Shown here piece after piece: positions 19,166-29,997 of a DNA stretch of 64,000 bases; within the stretch, counting starts at the first letter, position 1; every line of letters begins with the position of its first letter. The translations under genes and the position numbers were made by a program. The stretch comes from Candidatus Poribacteria bacterium (GTDB taxonomy: Bacteria > Poribacteria > WGA-4E > PCPOR2b), in the NCBI GenBank assembly GCA_965215015.1, contig OZ244042.1:128001-192000 (forward strand), written 5' to 3'. The notes under the pieces were generated by a model that saw only the letters and a list, made by a program, of their open reading frames with translations, was not told where the DNA came from and made no database searches.

Positions 19166-19219
19166 TTGTGTCCTCCCTCATCAAAATTTTTAGGTGGTGG
19201 CTATGTTTCCTATTTTTGA

Positions 19220-19642
19220 CTACACTCTTTTTTTTAACATTGTGATGGTTGTTCCTTCATCACCGCTGTCAATTTTCACCTTATCCATCATCTCCCGAAT
19301 GATTTCCAACCCCCACCCTCGTTTTTGCATGGCTCGCGCCCTAGCTCCTCCCGTTAAAAGCGGGGCTTTGTCCATACCAAATCCAAGTCCATGATCTGTA
19401 ATTTTTAGCTCCAGTTCATCATCCGTGAGAACGTAGGTGACTGTTACTTTACTGTCTCTGCTATTACTATGTTCAAAAGCGTTGATGCAGGTTTCGATGA
19501 TAGCCAATTGAATCTCATCAATATGAGTTTCCTCAAAATCCATGATTTCTGCGATGATAGAAGCGGTATGTGCAGCGACTAATTCCATATTAGGGTGTAT
19601 CGGAATGTCCAAAGTCACTTCGCATTTCACTTGATCTGCCAT
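19220..19642 (-). CDS. Anti-sigma Ser/Thr kinase (RsbW-like, HATPase_c_2)
   Basis: ETCINAFEH (N-box), DHGLGF, RGWGL, GTTITM. Confidence 0.9.
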   Translation of the reverse strand: MADQVKCEVTLDIPIHPNMELVAAHTASIIAEIMDFEETHIDEIQLAIIETCINAFEHSNSRDSKVTVTYVLTDDELELKITDHGLGFGMDKAPLLTGGARARAMQKRGWGLEIIREMMDKVKIDSGDEGTTITMLKKRV

Positions 19643-19756
19643 TTGGGTCTCCTTCAGTATTGAGATTAGGAATGTTCCGTGTGTTACGTTTCACAGCAAA
19701 ATTAACGGGATGGGATTCGGATAGGGAGCAACCATTCGATTTTGCTAAAAATTGGC

Positions 19757-20530
19757 TTATTTTTTTAGTGGACAAGGCTTTGTGTTCAGGATTTTCGACG
19801 TAGGGGCAAAACGATATTTGAACAGGGTCCACCCTGCGCGGATGCCCTCCCGCCAGAATCGGAGTTTTTTCCCATCACCCTTTGTGCGTGGGAAGTAGGA
19901 AATGGGCACTTCGTGGATATAATAGCCTGCACGCAGCACCTTTGCCGTCACTTCTGGGCAGAACTCAAACCCTTGGGCAGTCAGATTGAGGCTAGTTATC
20001 AGATTCGCACTAAATGCCTTGTAACATGTTGCCTCATCGGTGATGCGTACATGATACAACAGATTCGTCAAACCAGTAAGCATACGATTCGCTATGTAGG
20101 TTATCAGGCTTGCCCGTTTTTTACCGTTCAGGAATCTTGAACCGTAAACTACTTTAGCAAGCCCCTTTTGTAACGCTTCCAGCATTGGCATCAAATCGTT
20201 CGGACAGAGTTCAAGGTCGGCATCTTGAATGACTACAAACTCACCGGTAACCTGTTCCAGTCCAAGCCGAATCGCGCTTCCCTTTCCACGATTGTCTTTG
20301 TAATGAAGGATTTTTAACTGCGGTTCAGCGTCCATCTGTTCCAAGATTCCAGATGTCTCATCGGTTGAACCGTCGTTGACGACGATGATTTCTGTGTCAA
20401 TCGGTACTTCCTTAACCGCTTCAATAACCTGTCGAATCGTTCCTGCCTCATTGAAGGCTGGAATGATCACTGACAGAGTTGGGGAACGGCGTGCGGTCTC
20501 TCCGCTCACCCGTTGTCCCGTTTTTTTCAA
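19757..20530 (-). CDS. Glycosyltransferase family 2 (DPM synthase-like)
   Basis: IIPAFNE, NDGSTD, GKG, QDADLE, GSRF. Confidence 0.92.
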   Translation of the reverse strand: MKKTGQRVSGETARRSPTLSVIIPAFNEAGTIRQVIEAVKEVPIDTEIIVVNDGSTDETSGILEQMDAEPQLKILHYKDNRGKGSAIRLGLEQVTGEFVVIQDADLELCPNDLMPMLEALQKGLAKVVYGSRFLNGKKRASLITYIANRMLTGLTNLLYHVRITDEATCYKAFSANLITSLNLTAQGFEFCPEVTAKVLRAGYYIHEVPISYFPRTKGDGKKLRFWREGIRAGWTLFKYRFAPTSKILNTKPCPLKK

Positions 20531-21322
20531 TTACAACAGCCCCTTTGCCATACCGCCATCTACCTGGATTGTGGTGCCGGTGATATAACTTGCGCGTCCG
20601 GAGGCGAGGAACACAACCAGATTGGCGAATTCCTTGGGATCTCCGATTCGACCGAGTGGTATATCTTGGGTCATATTTGCGAGGGCTTCCTCATACGCGA
20701 TACCCGCCTCCGCTGCCCTCACAGTGGCTAGCTGTTTAATCCGGTCGGTAAAAATAACCCCCGGACAGACATTGTTTACAAGAATATTGTCCGGTGCGAG
20801 CTCGGACGCAAGTGTTTTGGCGAACCCGATGACGCCGGTCCGCGCCATATTAGAGAGCATCAGCCCATCTACAGGCTGTTTCACAGAAATGGAGGTGAGA
20901 TTGATTATGTGACCTCCACCGCGTGCTCTCATGCTTGGCACAACGCCGCGGCAAAGGTTGATTGTGCTGAGTAGGTTGAGGTGCAGGGCGGTTTGGTAAT
21001 CTTCGGGAGATAGATCTGCGAACCGACCTGCCCTGGGACCACCGGCGTTACTGACAAGAATATCAATTCCGTCGAATCGGTTGAGGGCTTTGGCAATCAA
21101 CCCGCTGACCTGCTCCGGCTGGCTGACATCCGCTGGCACCGCCAAAACTTCCGTCCTCGTTTTTTCACGAATTTCAGAGGCGGTTTCCTCCAGCGTATCC
21201 ACATCCCGCGCGCAGATTGTCACCTTCGCGCCTTCTGCCGCGAGACCGAGTGCGATGGCTTTGCCGAGCCCTTTGCTTGAGGCCCCAACGAGTGCAACTT
21301 TATCCTTGAGTCCGAGATCCAT
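20531..21322 (-). CDS. SDR family oxidoreductase
   Basis: GASSKGLG, NAGG, SNMAR (atypical, not YxxxK), VDGG. Confidence 0.92.
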   Translation of the reverse strand: MDLGLKDKVALVGASSKGLGKAIALGLAAEGAKVTICARDVDTLEETASEIREKTRTEVLAVPADVSQPEQVSGLIAKALNRFDGIDILVSNAGGPRAGRFADLSPEDYQTALHLNLLSTINLCRGVVPSMRARGGGHIINLTSISVKQPVDGLMLSNMARTGVIGFAKTLASELAPDNILVNNVCPGVIFTDRIKQLATVRAAEAGIAYEEALANMTQDIPLGRIGDPKEFANLVVFLASGRASYITGTTIQVDGGMAKGLL

Positions 21323-21419
21323 TACTTCTCCTTATTGATATGTTTTATGCCACGTTCTATCCAATGTAGAAAATAAATATATCATTGGGCTAAAACCATG
21401 TCAACTCCAAATGCGCCGA

Positions 21420-22415
21420 TTAAGGTTCAAGCATTACCTTGCCCGCTTGACCATTGGCAAATTTGCTAAACGCCGTCTGTGCTTCAACGAGCGGAAAGTG
21501 GTCGGTAATCATCCGTCCGATGGGTAAACCGCGCCGATATAGATCGAGCATGGAGGGGTATTCTGAGTAGTGATAGAACCAACTCCCCATCAACGTGATG
21601 TCCTTCCGTATCAGGTCACGGCTTGGGCTGATTGGTACATCGCCCTGCTCGCCAACACACATAATCGTCCCCGCCACCCCAACCAACGTGAAGGCAAGCT
21701 TAAGGGTTTCTGGACGCCCGGCTGCCTCGATACACTTGTCCACAAGCATGCCATGGGTGATTTCCGTGACCGCTTCAAAGGGGTCGGTCTCCTTTGAATT
21801 GATAGTGTATGCCGCACCGGCTGCCTTTGCAAGGGAGAGTCGATAGTCGTTGATGTCAATAGCTATCACTTCCGCCCCTAAGAACGATTGCACAATGGTA
21901 TTTCCAAGCCCGACGGGACCTGCTCCCAAGACGCACACAAAATCGCCTCCTTTGGTGTTAAGACGTTGACTCACATGATAAGGGACACCGAAGCCGTCGC
22001 CGGTCAGAAGCACACCTATATCAAACGGAACATCTTCAGGCAGCTCGAGACAAACATGGTCTGGGGCAGCGATCCGCTCCGCATGGGTTCCCGAACCGCC
22101 GCCTATGCGGCTATTACAATAGGTATATTTGCCAACCGCACACCACCGACAATCTCCGCACCCCCAAACGGCGTGGACGCCAACGTGATCTCCAACCTTG
22201 AATTTTGTTGACCCTCCTACGTCGATAACCTCCCCGGCGACCTCGTGTCCACCATTGGACGCGTGAGGGGTTGGGCTGCGATACCCGTGCATCTCACTGC
22301 CACAGATTCCTGACGCCTTCACCTGAATCAGTATGTCCTTCTCATTATGGCGTGTAGGTTCGGGATATTCTTTGACAGTGACTGTCTCGTTTCCCAAAAG
22401 CTGGACACCAAGCAT
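21420..22415 (-). CDS. Zn-dependent alcohol dehydrogenase (MDR)
   Basis: CGSE, GHE, C-x2-C-x2-C-x7-C structural Zn site, GAGPVG. Confidence 0.92.
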   Translation of the reverse strand: MLGVQLLGNETVTVKEYPEPTRHNEKDILIQVKASGICGSEMHGYRSPTPHASNGGHEVAGEVIDVGGSTKFKVGDHVGVHAVWGCGDCRWCAVGKYTYCNSRIGGGSGTHAERIAAPDHVCLELPEDVPFDIGVLLTGDGFGVPYHVSQRLNTKGGDFVCVLGAGPVGLGNTIVQSFLGAEVIAIDINDYRLSLAKAAGAAYTINSKETDPFEAVTEITHGMLVDKCIEAAGRPETLKLAFTLVGVAGTIMCVGEQGDVPISPSRDLIRKDITLMGSWFYHYSEYPSMLDLYRRGLPIGRMITDHFPLVEAQTAFSKFANGQAGKVMLEP

Positions 22416-22474
22416 CTGATTTCTCCCGGTAAGGGTTGAGGACACCGTATTTCTATATCGGGTGCCAGGGGTGT

Positions 22475-23452
22475 TTAATTGCGCGCAAAAACCAATATAT
22501 CAACACCTGTGCCCTGATGTTGGATTTGGTTTTTTAACGTCGCTTCGTGATAGAATCCCACATTTTGGACCACTTCAGCTTTGTTCGCTGAGGTTAATTC
22601 AACATAACACTGGATTTTGGTGTCTGGCAAATCGATCGCTTCAAGCAGAACCGATGCTGACGCATAGAAGCTCGGATGGACGAAAAGGTCCAACACCGCT
22701 GTGTCGGGTTGCCAGCGTGTATCCCAAGAGACTGTCCCCACGCCAACAATTGCGCCGGACTCCGATTCAAGCAGCTTGGCGTCGTGATAAGTACCCCCAT
22801 TTTCCAGTGCTTGTTTGAACCCAAGAAAGCCGCCCTCGAAATTTGCAGGACCATAGATACCCAATGCAATGCTGCGGAGATAGTCACCCTCTACGATACC
22901 TGTCAGGGCAGTCATTTTGGACCAATCATGCCATACCACATCCTTGGCGTGGACGGAGCATTCAGCAAAGTAGCGGTCATCGAAGTCATTGACCGCCCGG
23001 TATTTCATGAAGCCTGAACCGGGGAAAACACTCTCAAATCCGAAACTGTTGTAGATATAGTAAGGATGACTATTGTATCCGGTGCCGAGGTAGAGTGCTT
23101 CACCACCCCGCTGACGGAAGTCCTCCATTTGAAACTGCATCACCGATTTACAAGCACCTTTGCGACGTTGTGTTGGCGTCGTGAAGACATGCCCAAGAAT
23201 ACCGACGTGCCCGTGTTCAACTATCATTATGTTTGCGATGATTTCTCCATCCACTTTGCCGACGTAGAAGCGTGTCTCTAAATCATCGAGCGTTTCAACA
23301 ACAGAGCGTTCCAGATGCCACTTAAAGCCCCCTCCCTTGTGCGCTAGGAACGGTTTAATCTGTTCCGCATGCGCTTCGTCTGGGGCAATGATAACGCCAA
23401 CCTCCATCGTCTCGCCGGTTTTCAGTTTAACAGCTGTCAGTTTATTGTACAT
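22475..23452 (-). CDS. GNAT-family acetyltransferase
   Basis: VFTTPTQRRKGA (motif A), YNSFGF; a possible second degenerate GNAT domain. Confidence 0.75.
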   Translation of the reverse strand: MYNKLTAVKLKTGETMEVGVIIAPDEAHAEQIKPFLAHKGGGFKWHLERSVVETLDDLETRFYVGKVDGEIIANIMIVEHGHVGILGHVFTTPTQRRKGACKSVMQFQMEDFRQRGGEALYLGTGYNSHPYYIYNSFGFESVFPGSGFMKYRAVNDFDDRYFAECSVHAKDVVWHDWSKMTALTGIVEGDYLRSIALGIYGPANFEGGFLGFKQALENGGTYHDAKLLESESGAIVGVGTVSWDTRWQPDTAVLDLFVHPSFYASASVLLEAIDLPDTKIQCYVELTSANKAEVVQNVGFYHEATLKNQIQHQGTGVDILVFARN

Positions 23453-23783
23453 TTTGTTTTTAGATTAGACTCATGTTGGGAAGGGATTGTCGATAGGAGG
23501 CAACTGATTTCGTCAATCTCTCCGGTCTTGGATACATAAAAAACTTCCAAATATCTGGGAGCGGATTATTATTCGCTGTCAAAACAGGTTTAGCAGCTAT
23601 GCGCGGCATTATATCACGTCTTTATTTTGAATGCAAGCGGATATAGAGGCCTAGAAAGCTGCGTCCAATTTCCGCTTTACACCCTTCCTGCTTCGGCGTA
23701 TAATGTTGCCCTAAAGTTTCACGTCTTGCTGCCGTCAAAGCCAGATATGAGATTATGTTTTTGCCAAATGAGAGGACTGCCAA

Positions 23784-24677
23784 ATGACGCTGACAAGGGA
23801 ACAACTTGAGCATTTCAAAGAAGAGGGGTACGTGGTGCTTGAGGCAGCACTACGGGATGTCGATTTCGAGCCGGTGATTCAGGACTATGAGGAAGTTATA
23901 GACAGACTCGCCACAGATTTGTACGCCGATGGTCGAATCAGCCAACTGCACGTGGATGAACCGTTTGAAACGCGCCTCGCTCGGATATGCGACGAAGATG
24001 AGGCAACCTACTTTGAATCGGATACATTTCTGGATGTGGGACACATCCGAGGCAGAGGAACGTTTCATTTTATGCGAAACAAACGGCTACTGAATCTGAT
24101 AGAGGGACTTATTGGTCCAGAGATCTGCTGTAGTCCTATGACGCATATACGGGCGAAGCTACCTTCGGACCTAGAGCAAGGCCGAAACTCAAATGTGGTG
24201 TTCTGGCACCAAGATGCGATATTCTTCCATGAGGAAGCGGACGCAACCTTCGTCCTGACCGTCTGGATCCCGTTGTGCGATACCACAGAGGAGAACGGTT
24301 GTCTGCGGGTGATGCCCCGGATACATAGGCACCGCACGGTATACTGGGGCGATAGCCTGCCAGACGGGGATTGGGTTTCAGTGCCGATGAAAAAGGGAGA
24401 TGTCATCTTTATTCACAAGCTCACCCCCCATTCGTCAGGTCCGAATCACACGGAAGCTATCCGCTGGAGTATGGATATACGTTACCAGAAAAGAGGAACG
24501 CCCACGGGGCGCGCTTTTTGGCCCAGCTTTGATGCCCGCAGTCGTCTGTCTCCGGATTCCGAGACCGATTACGAGGAATGGCGGGAGGCTTGGATCGCGG
24601 CACTCGAAAAGTATCCAACAAAGGTTCCACGTAAGAATCGACCGGAGGGGCCAACCTCGTACCAAGGGGACATGTAA
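23784..24677 (+). CDS. Phytanoyl-CoA dioxygenase (PhyH) family
   Basis: FKEEGY, WHQD, WIPL..ENGCL, HSSGPN..RWS. Confidence 0.9.
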   Translation: MTLTREQLEHFKEEGYVVLEAALRDVDFEPVIQDYEEVIDRLATDLYADGRISQLHVDEPFETRLARICDEDEATYFESDTFLDVGHIRGRGTFHFMRNKRLLNLIEGLIGPEICCSPMTHIRAKLPSDLEQGRNSNVVFWHQDAIFFHEEADATFVLTVWIPLCDTTEENGCLRVMPRIHRHRTVYWGDSLPDGDWVSVPMKKGDVIFIHKLTPHSSGPNHTEAIRWSMDIRYQKRGTPTGRAFWPSFDARSRLSPDSETDYEEWREAWIAALEKYPTKVPRKNRPEGPTSYQGDM

Positions 24678-24688
24678 AGGGGGAGGAC

Positions 24689-24922
24689 ATGACCAGCGAC
24701 CGAACGATAAAAGTCGGCATCCACGGTGCGGGTGGTCATGCTCAGAATAACTACCCCCTGAATCTTACACAGTTAGAGGGGATGGAGGTGGTTGCGGTCT
24801 GCAATATTGTTGAGAAAAACGCGCGTCAAACCGCTGCCGATTCTGGGATGTCGAGAAGCTACACCAATCCAGGGTTTGAGGAGGACCGCGTTTGCGTAGA
24901 GGCGATGGAAGCCGTATCTTGA
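24689..24922 (+). pseudogene. Gfo/Idh/MocA oxidoreductase remnant
   Basis: Rossmann start KVGIHGAGG..VVAVC but only 77 aa. Confidence 0.7.
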
Positions 24923-25114
24923 ACGATTGTCACAACGGGTTGTATACGCTGGCACCACTCCTCGCCGGATGGGAATCGGCACGCCGTGATGGTGAACCGG
25001 TTGATGTCTCTGTCCTCATGCGTCAATGAAAACCGAATGGCTAAAAGTAGTAGGCATACTTCGTATGTCTACTTACTACATGAGTTGGTAGTACACAAGG
25101 AGAACGCATTTCTG

Positions 25115-27049
25115 ATGATCCACATATCTGCTAACGTACCGATTACGAGTCCGCCCTCTTGGGCGGTCTGGGAGCGGCGACTATTCGACACGATGAATCA
25201 GTCTGTCCAACCCTTTCTCGACCATTTCACGCGGGAAGATGGAGAGTTTATCTGGAAAGACGAATGGGGGGGCGGCAGCCCCGACGACTATTACGAACCT
25301 TTCTTCAACTGGCCCCTTATCTACCTAATGGGCGGTGGAGACCATCTGCTCACGTTGGCAGATCGCCAATGGGAGGCAGTTACCAAACAGTTAACGCGCC
25401 TCGGCACGGTCTACAAAGAGTACGGTATCCGCGAAGACCAGATGCACCAGTCTGAAAGCGACATCCTCTTTTTCCATCTCTGCCTAGCGCATCCGAATGG
25501 ACACAGACGTCGTGAGCGAGCTCAGCGTTTCGCAGGTTTCTACCTCAACGAAGATCCCGAGGCCATCAACTACGACCCCGAACACAAAATCGTGCTTTCT
25601 GGACTCAACGGTAGCAAAGGGGCGTATTACGCACCAATGTCAGAGCGGGAAACGGCGAACTACGCGCCCCTCGGTGGGAGCATGGAACGGTACAACCTAC
25701 CCTTTTTCGATCTGCCCGGTATCGCCACCGTGCAAGATCTGGGGGATCCGGATAAAGCCCGCGCCATGGGGCAGGCACTGTTTGATCGGTGGAGAAAAGG
25801 GGACACACCGACAAACCTGTCCATTACGTCAGTGGTTACGAATGCTTTTCTCCTGACCGGTGAGGAGAAGTATCGGGATTGGGTGGTTGAGTACACCGAC
25901 GCTTGGGTTGAGCGAGCCCAGCAGAACAACGGACTTCTGCCAGATAATGTCGGACACTCCGGGGAGGTGGGCGAATACTGTAACGGCAAGTGGTATGGGG
26001 GACGCTACGGCTGGACATTTCCGCACGGTTTCCTGACCCTTCAGAAAGCAACGCTCGATGCCGCCGCCAATGCCTATCTGCTGACTCGTGACAATACATA
26101 TCTCGAACTCCCACGGCAGCAGATGAATCATATTCTTGAACTGGGTGAAGTGAAGGACATCCGTGACTACGACATGAGTGTTAGTGAACGCTGGGATAGT
26201 CAGTTTGCCTCCATGGGAGAGCGGCACGAGACCTTCTTGGTGCCTTACCGATATGGGGACGCGGGTTGGTTCGACTGGCAGCCTATATCGCCCGTCTATC
26301 TGGTAACGCTGTGGAACCTTTCGATGGCAGACGAAGACTGGGAGAGTATGGAGCGTGTTCGCCAAGCAGAGGCTTTCGATTGGAACGCGACCTTTGCCTT
26401 TCACAACAAGGAAGATTCTGGGCATGAGCAGCCGTGGGTCCGGTACTTGGCAGGGCAAAATCACAGCTATCCGGAGGATAGCCTTCATGCCAGCCACCAG
26501 ATAGTGTGCCGTCGTCTCGCTCTGCTTCGAGAGGATGACGCGGTGGGAACACATCACCACGTCCATCACTGGCAATGGGGGAATCCGGTTTCGTCCGAGG
26601 CATTAATCCAATTGACGCTCGGCGCACCCCAGCCAATCTACAACGGTGGACTACTTCACTGTCGCCTCCGCTATTTCGACGTTCATCGCCAGCGTCCCGG
26701 TCTGCCCGAAGATGTGGGGGCATTGGTCGAGAAGTTGGAAGCAGCACGCACAGTTGTGTACCTAGCGAATCTCAATCCTAATGAGGGAAGGGAGCTAATC
26801 ATCCAAGCTGGCGGTTTCGGTGAGCACCGATTTGGTACGGCGGAATACTTCGTGCGAACGAGCGAATGGCCTGGAGAGCTGGGCGGATATGCAGGCAGCT
26901 ATGCACCCCCGCCACTGAAAACCGAAACGCGGACAGTCGCTGTAAATAACAAGCATCTGCACGTCTCGCTTCCGCCGGGTGCTGAGATTACACTGGATCT
27001 GACCACTGAGCGTTATGTGAACGAGCCATCTTATGCCGAGCCGTGGTAG
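25115..27049 (+). CDS. Conserved-looking hypothetical protein (~644 aa), possibly (alpha/alpha)-barrel enzyme
   Basis: Long ORF rich in Trp/Tyr/Asp/His motifs (DDYYEPFFNWP, NKED, RLRYFD..RPGLP); start inferred after an AGGAG RBS. Confidence 0.75.
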   Translation: MIHISANVPITSPPSWAVWERRLFDTMNQSVQPFLDHFTREDGEFIWKDEWGGGSPDDYYEPFFNWPLIYLMGGGDHLLTLADRQWEAVTKQLTRLGTVYKEYGIREDQMHQSESDILFFHLCLAHPNGHRRRERAQRFAGFYLNEDPEAINYDPEHKIVLSGLNGSKGAYYAPMSERETANYAPLGGSMERYNLPFFDLPGIATVQDLGDPDKARAMGQALFDRWRKGDTPTNLSITSVVTNAFLLTGEEKYRDWVVEYTDAWVERAQQNNGLLPDNVGHSGEVGEYCNGKWYGGRYGWTFPHGFLTLQKATLDAAANAYLLTRDNTYLELPRQQMNHILELGEVKDIRDYDMSVSERWDSQFASMGERHETFLVPYRYGDAGWFDWQPISPVYLVTLWNLSMADEDWESMERVRQAEAFDWNATFAFHNKEDSGHEQPWVRYLAGQNHSYPEDSLHASHQIVCRRLALLREDDAVGTHHHVHHWQWGNPVSSEALIQLTLGAPQPIYNGGLLHCRLRYFDVHRQRPGLPEDVGALVEKLEAARTVVYLANLNPNEGRELIIQAGGFGEHRFGTAEYFVRTSEWPGELGGYAGSYAPPPLKTETRTVAVNNKHLHVSLPPGAEITLDLTTERYVNEPSYAEPW

Positions 27050-27096
27050 TAGCTGTAATGCGTCGGTGTGAGGGAACAGGGGGAGGCTTTTGACGC

Positions 27097-27930
27097 CTAG
27101 GGTTTTCTGAGGCGTGCGTTGACCTGATCCAAGGTTGGGATGCCCGTCGTTCCGTAGCCTTCGACGGCGAATGAGGCCGTGCAGTGTGCAAAGTTCAACG
27201 CTGCTTGGGGCGAACGGGTCTCGTGATATTTGATTAGGAATGCCGCAGCGAACACATCCCCCGCACCGGTTGGATCGACTTCGTGTACGGGGTAGGCAGC
27301 GGATTCCAAAATACGACCATTTTCGTACAGCGTTGCCCCCTGCCTTCCTTTCGTTAGTACAACAATCCGCGTCCATTGAATATACTTTTCGAGGGCTTCG
27401 GGAGATGCAGCGATATCCTCCTCACTTAAAACCAAAACATCTGCGCGGGGTAGGATGGCTTCGGCGGTATGCCACCGTTTGGGGCGTACACGGCGGGTCT
27501 CATCCCATGCGCGCATCCAGCCTTGCGGCGTGACACCGATTAACGCATGATTGAAGCATTGAACTACCGGGGAATCCACTTCACCGGTGAGCGGGCAGAG
27601 ATAGGCGATGTCAGCGTTGTTCCATTGAGATGGAATGTGATGCCGCTGCAATTCACCACCGACCCCCAAGATTAGCTGTTGGCGCTTGCCATCTAAGTCA
27701 TACCGATTATCAAAGATGGTGGTTTCAGGCGATTCGTGGTAAGAAACATCAATCTCATCTAGGATTGGCTGTTGTCGGTCAAAATTTGAACCGACAGCGG
27801 TGACTGCACAGGCACGACAACCAAGATTGCGAGCCGTAATCGTTGAGTAAGCCGCACCCCCGCCCAGCACGTATCCATCTGGCACCACATCGTAGCAGAA
27901 GTGACCGATGGCTAAAAAGCGAGGTGACAT
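27097..27930 (-). CDS. PfkB-family carbohydrate kinase
   Basis: GGGA, DPTGAGDVF signature. Confidence 0.92.
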   Translation of the reverse strand: MSPRFLAIGHFCYDVVPDGYVLGGGAAYSTITARNLGCRACAVTAVGSNFDRQQPILDEIDVSYHESPETTIFDNRYDLDGKRQQLILGVGGELQRHHIPSQWNNADIAYLCPLTGEVDSPVVQCFNHALIGVTPQGWMRAWDETRRVRPKRWHTAEAILPRADVLVLSEEDIAASPEALEKYIQWTRIVVLTKGRQGATLYENGRILESAAYPVHEVDPTGAGDVFAAAFLIKYHETRSPQAALNFAHCTASFAVEGYGTTGIPTLDQVNARLRKP

Positions 27931-27973
27931 TGTCTCTCCTATTTTTCTCGGTGTGAATATGCAGGTCCCAATC

Positions 27974-28405
27974 TTATCGGGGTGAGTCAAGTGTCTTTAA
28001 CCACTGCTGAATCCTTTGCTGGATCTCATCGCGGATTCGACAAAAAATGGTGAACCGCTCCGGCTCGGGCCCTTCTGCTTTCGCCGGATCATTAAATCCC
28101 CAATGATGGCTTTCTCCAATGCCGGGGAAAATTGGGCAACTTTCCTTCGCATGGTCGCAGACGGTAATCAGATGCTGAAAGCTTTGGCCGAGGTATTTAT
28201 CGAGTGAATCAGAGGTATGGCTTGAAATATCGACACCGACGCCCTCCATCGCCTTGATTGCCAACGGATTAACAGATGATGGCTTCAGGCCCGCACTATA
28301 GACCTCGAAGCGGTCGCCAGCCATATCCCTCAAAAAGCCTTCTGCCATTTGGCTCCGGCATGAGTTCCCTGTACAAAGAAACAGCACTTTTTGCTTTTCG
28401 ACCAT
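27974..28405 (-). CDS. arsC: Arsenate reductase (LMW-PTP fold)
   Basis: CTGNSCRSQMAEG, TVCD..CP, DP. Confidence 0.9.
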   Translation of the reverse strand: MVEKQKVLFLCTGNSCRSQMAEGFLRDMAGDRFEVYSAGLKPSSVNPLAIKAMEGVGVDISSHTSDSLDKYLGQSFQHLITVCDHAKESCPIFPGIGESHHWGFNDPAKAEGPEPERFTIFCRIRDEIQQRIQQWLKTLDSPR

Positions 28406-28782
28406 TTTTTCCCCTATTGCTTAGTAGATTATTTTTTGAAGCTGTTTCTACATTATATGCACTCGCAAGCCTGTGTCAACATAAATCCTTAGCTTTCATT
28501 TTTGACGCAGATTATTGCACATGCAAAACTTATCTAATAGTGCATATAACCCCAATATTTTTCTTGACCGTAGTGTGGAAATATCGGTAAAATGTCTAAC
28601 AATATTTTTGAATGATGGACAGTGAAAGTTGAAATTTAATCGGTGCCAAAACGAAGGCAATCCACAGACCAGTTATGGGCAAAGCCAAAATAGCATCAAT
28701 CTTGGCATGTCACCTGTCATGTTCGGTCAGATTTCTTCGCTGCCGCCGGAATGGCACATACCCACAATAAAAACAACAAACA

Positions 28783-29964
28783 ATGAAAATTACAGAAATA
28801 TCCGTGACACCGGTTCCTTCGTATTACCGAAAGGAGCTAGGTAAAAACGCATTCTCAGATAACATTGGTAAGCAACGACTGGAATGGATCGTGCGTGCCC
28901 GGACCGATGGCGGTGTAGAAGGCGTGACCATCGCCAACCGGGCGATGCGGCAGGGACGGGTAGAAGACCTGCTCAAACTGTTGAAAACGTCGCTGCTGGG
29001 CAGAGAAGTAGATTCATTGCTGCAGGTGAAGGACGGGGTTGTCACCGGCCCCGGCGTAGACACAGCACGCACCTTCCGCAGTCATAGATGGATGGACGCT
29101 CTCGCCTTCGATCTCTACGGCAAAGCCCACAACGTCTCAGCTATCAACCTACTTGGGGGAAAAGTGCGCCACACGGTCCCAGCCTATGATACCACGCTCT
29201 ACTTCCAAGATTTCCTTGTCCCTGAGAAAGGCGCGAAGCAGGTTGCCGAAGAGGCTGCTGAGGCGAAGGCTGCTGGGTATCAGGCACTCAAGATAAAAAC
29301 AGGACGCGGCGGCCGCTGGATGATGCCAGAAGCCGGGATGCGACGGGACGTTGAGGTAGTTTGGGGGGTGCGGGAAGCCGTCGGAGAAGATTTCCACATC
29401 TACGTTGACGCCAATTTTGGCTATGATGACCGGCTTGATCTACTCGAAGAGTTCGTCCGGGAGACCGTCCCCGCAAACATCTATTGGCTGGAGGAGATGA
29501 TAACGCACGACGTGGCTGGCTACCGCGCCATGCGAGAGATGCAGGCAAAACACGGTTCCAAAGCCCTGCTTGTGTGCGGCGAAACAGACCGCGACCCTAT
29601 CAGTGATACCTTCCGCTATCTCATTGAGGACGGCCTAATTGACGGCTACCAGCCGGACATCGTGGGTGCCGGTTTCCTCCGTTGGATAGAGATTGAGCAG
29701 GTGCTGCGCGGAACAAAAGTGCGCTCAATTCCGCACAACTTCGGCAACGGCACTTTCGGGACCTTTGCGACTCTGGCGTTCGGTGCAGCATCTAAGACCT
29801 TCGTGTCGCTGGAGGACGAACGCAACCTCCCCCACATCTTCGGCCCCTTCCCGCCCTTCAGGGACGGAGCATATCAAGTGCAGGAACGCCCTGGACTCGG
29901 TATTTCTGTTGACGAAAACCTGTTCAAGGCAAAGTATGCTTTACACCAATGGCAGGTGGAGTGA
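28783..29964 (+). CDS. Mandelate racemase/muconate lactonizing enzyme family
   Basis: KIK, VDAN, WLEE, GE, PHN, PGLG. Confidence 0.88.
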   Translation: MKITEISVTPVPSYYRKELGKNAFSDNIGKQRLEWIVRARTDGGVEGVTIANRAMRQGRVEDLLKLLKTSLLGREVDSLLQVKDGVVTGPGVDTARTFRSHRWMDALAFDLYGKAHNVSAINLLGGKVRHTVPAYDTTLYFQDFLVPEKGAKQVAEEAAEAKAAGYQALKIKTGRGGRWMMPEAGMRRDVEVVWGVREAVGEDFHIYVDANFGYDDRLDLLEEFVRETVPANIYWLEEMITHDVAGYRAMREMQAKHGSKALLVCGETDRDPISDTFRYLIEDGLIDGYQPDIVGAGFLRWIEIEQVLRGTKVRSIPHNFGNGTFGTFATLAFGAASKTFVSLEDERNLPHIFGPFPPFRDGAYQVQERPGLGISVDENLFKAKYALHQWQVE

Positions 29965-29997
29965 AGTTTTTCGGCCCTGCCTAACTCGAAGGATACC

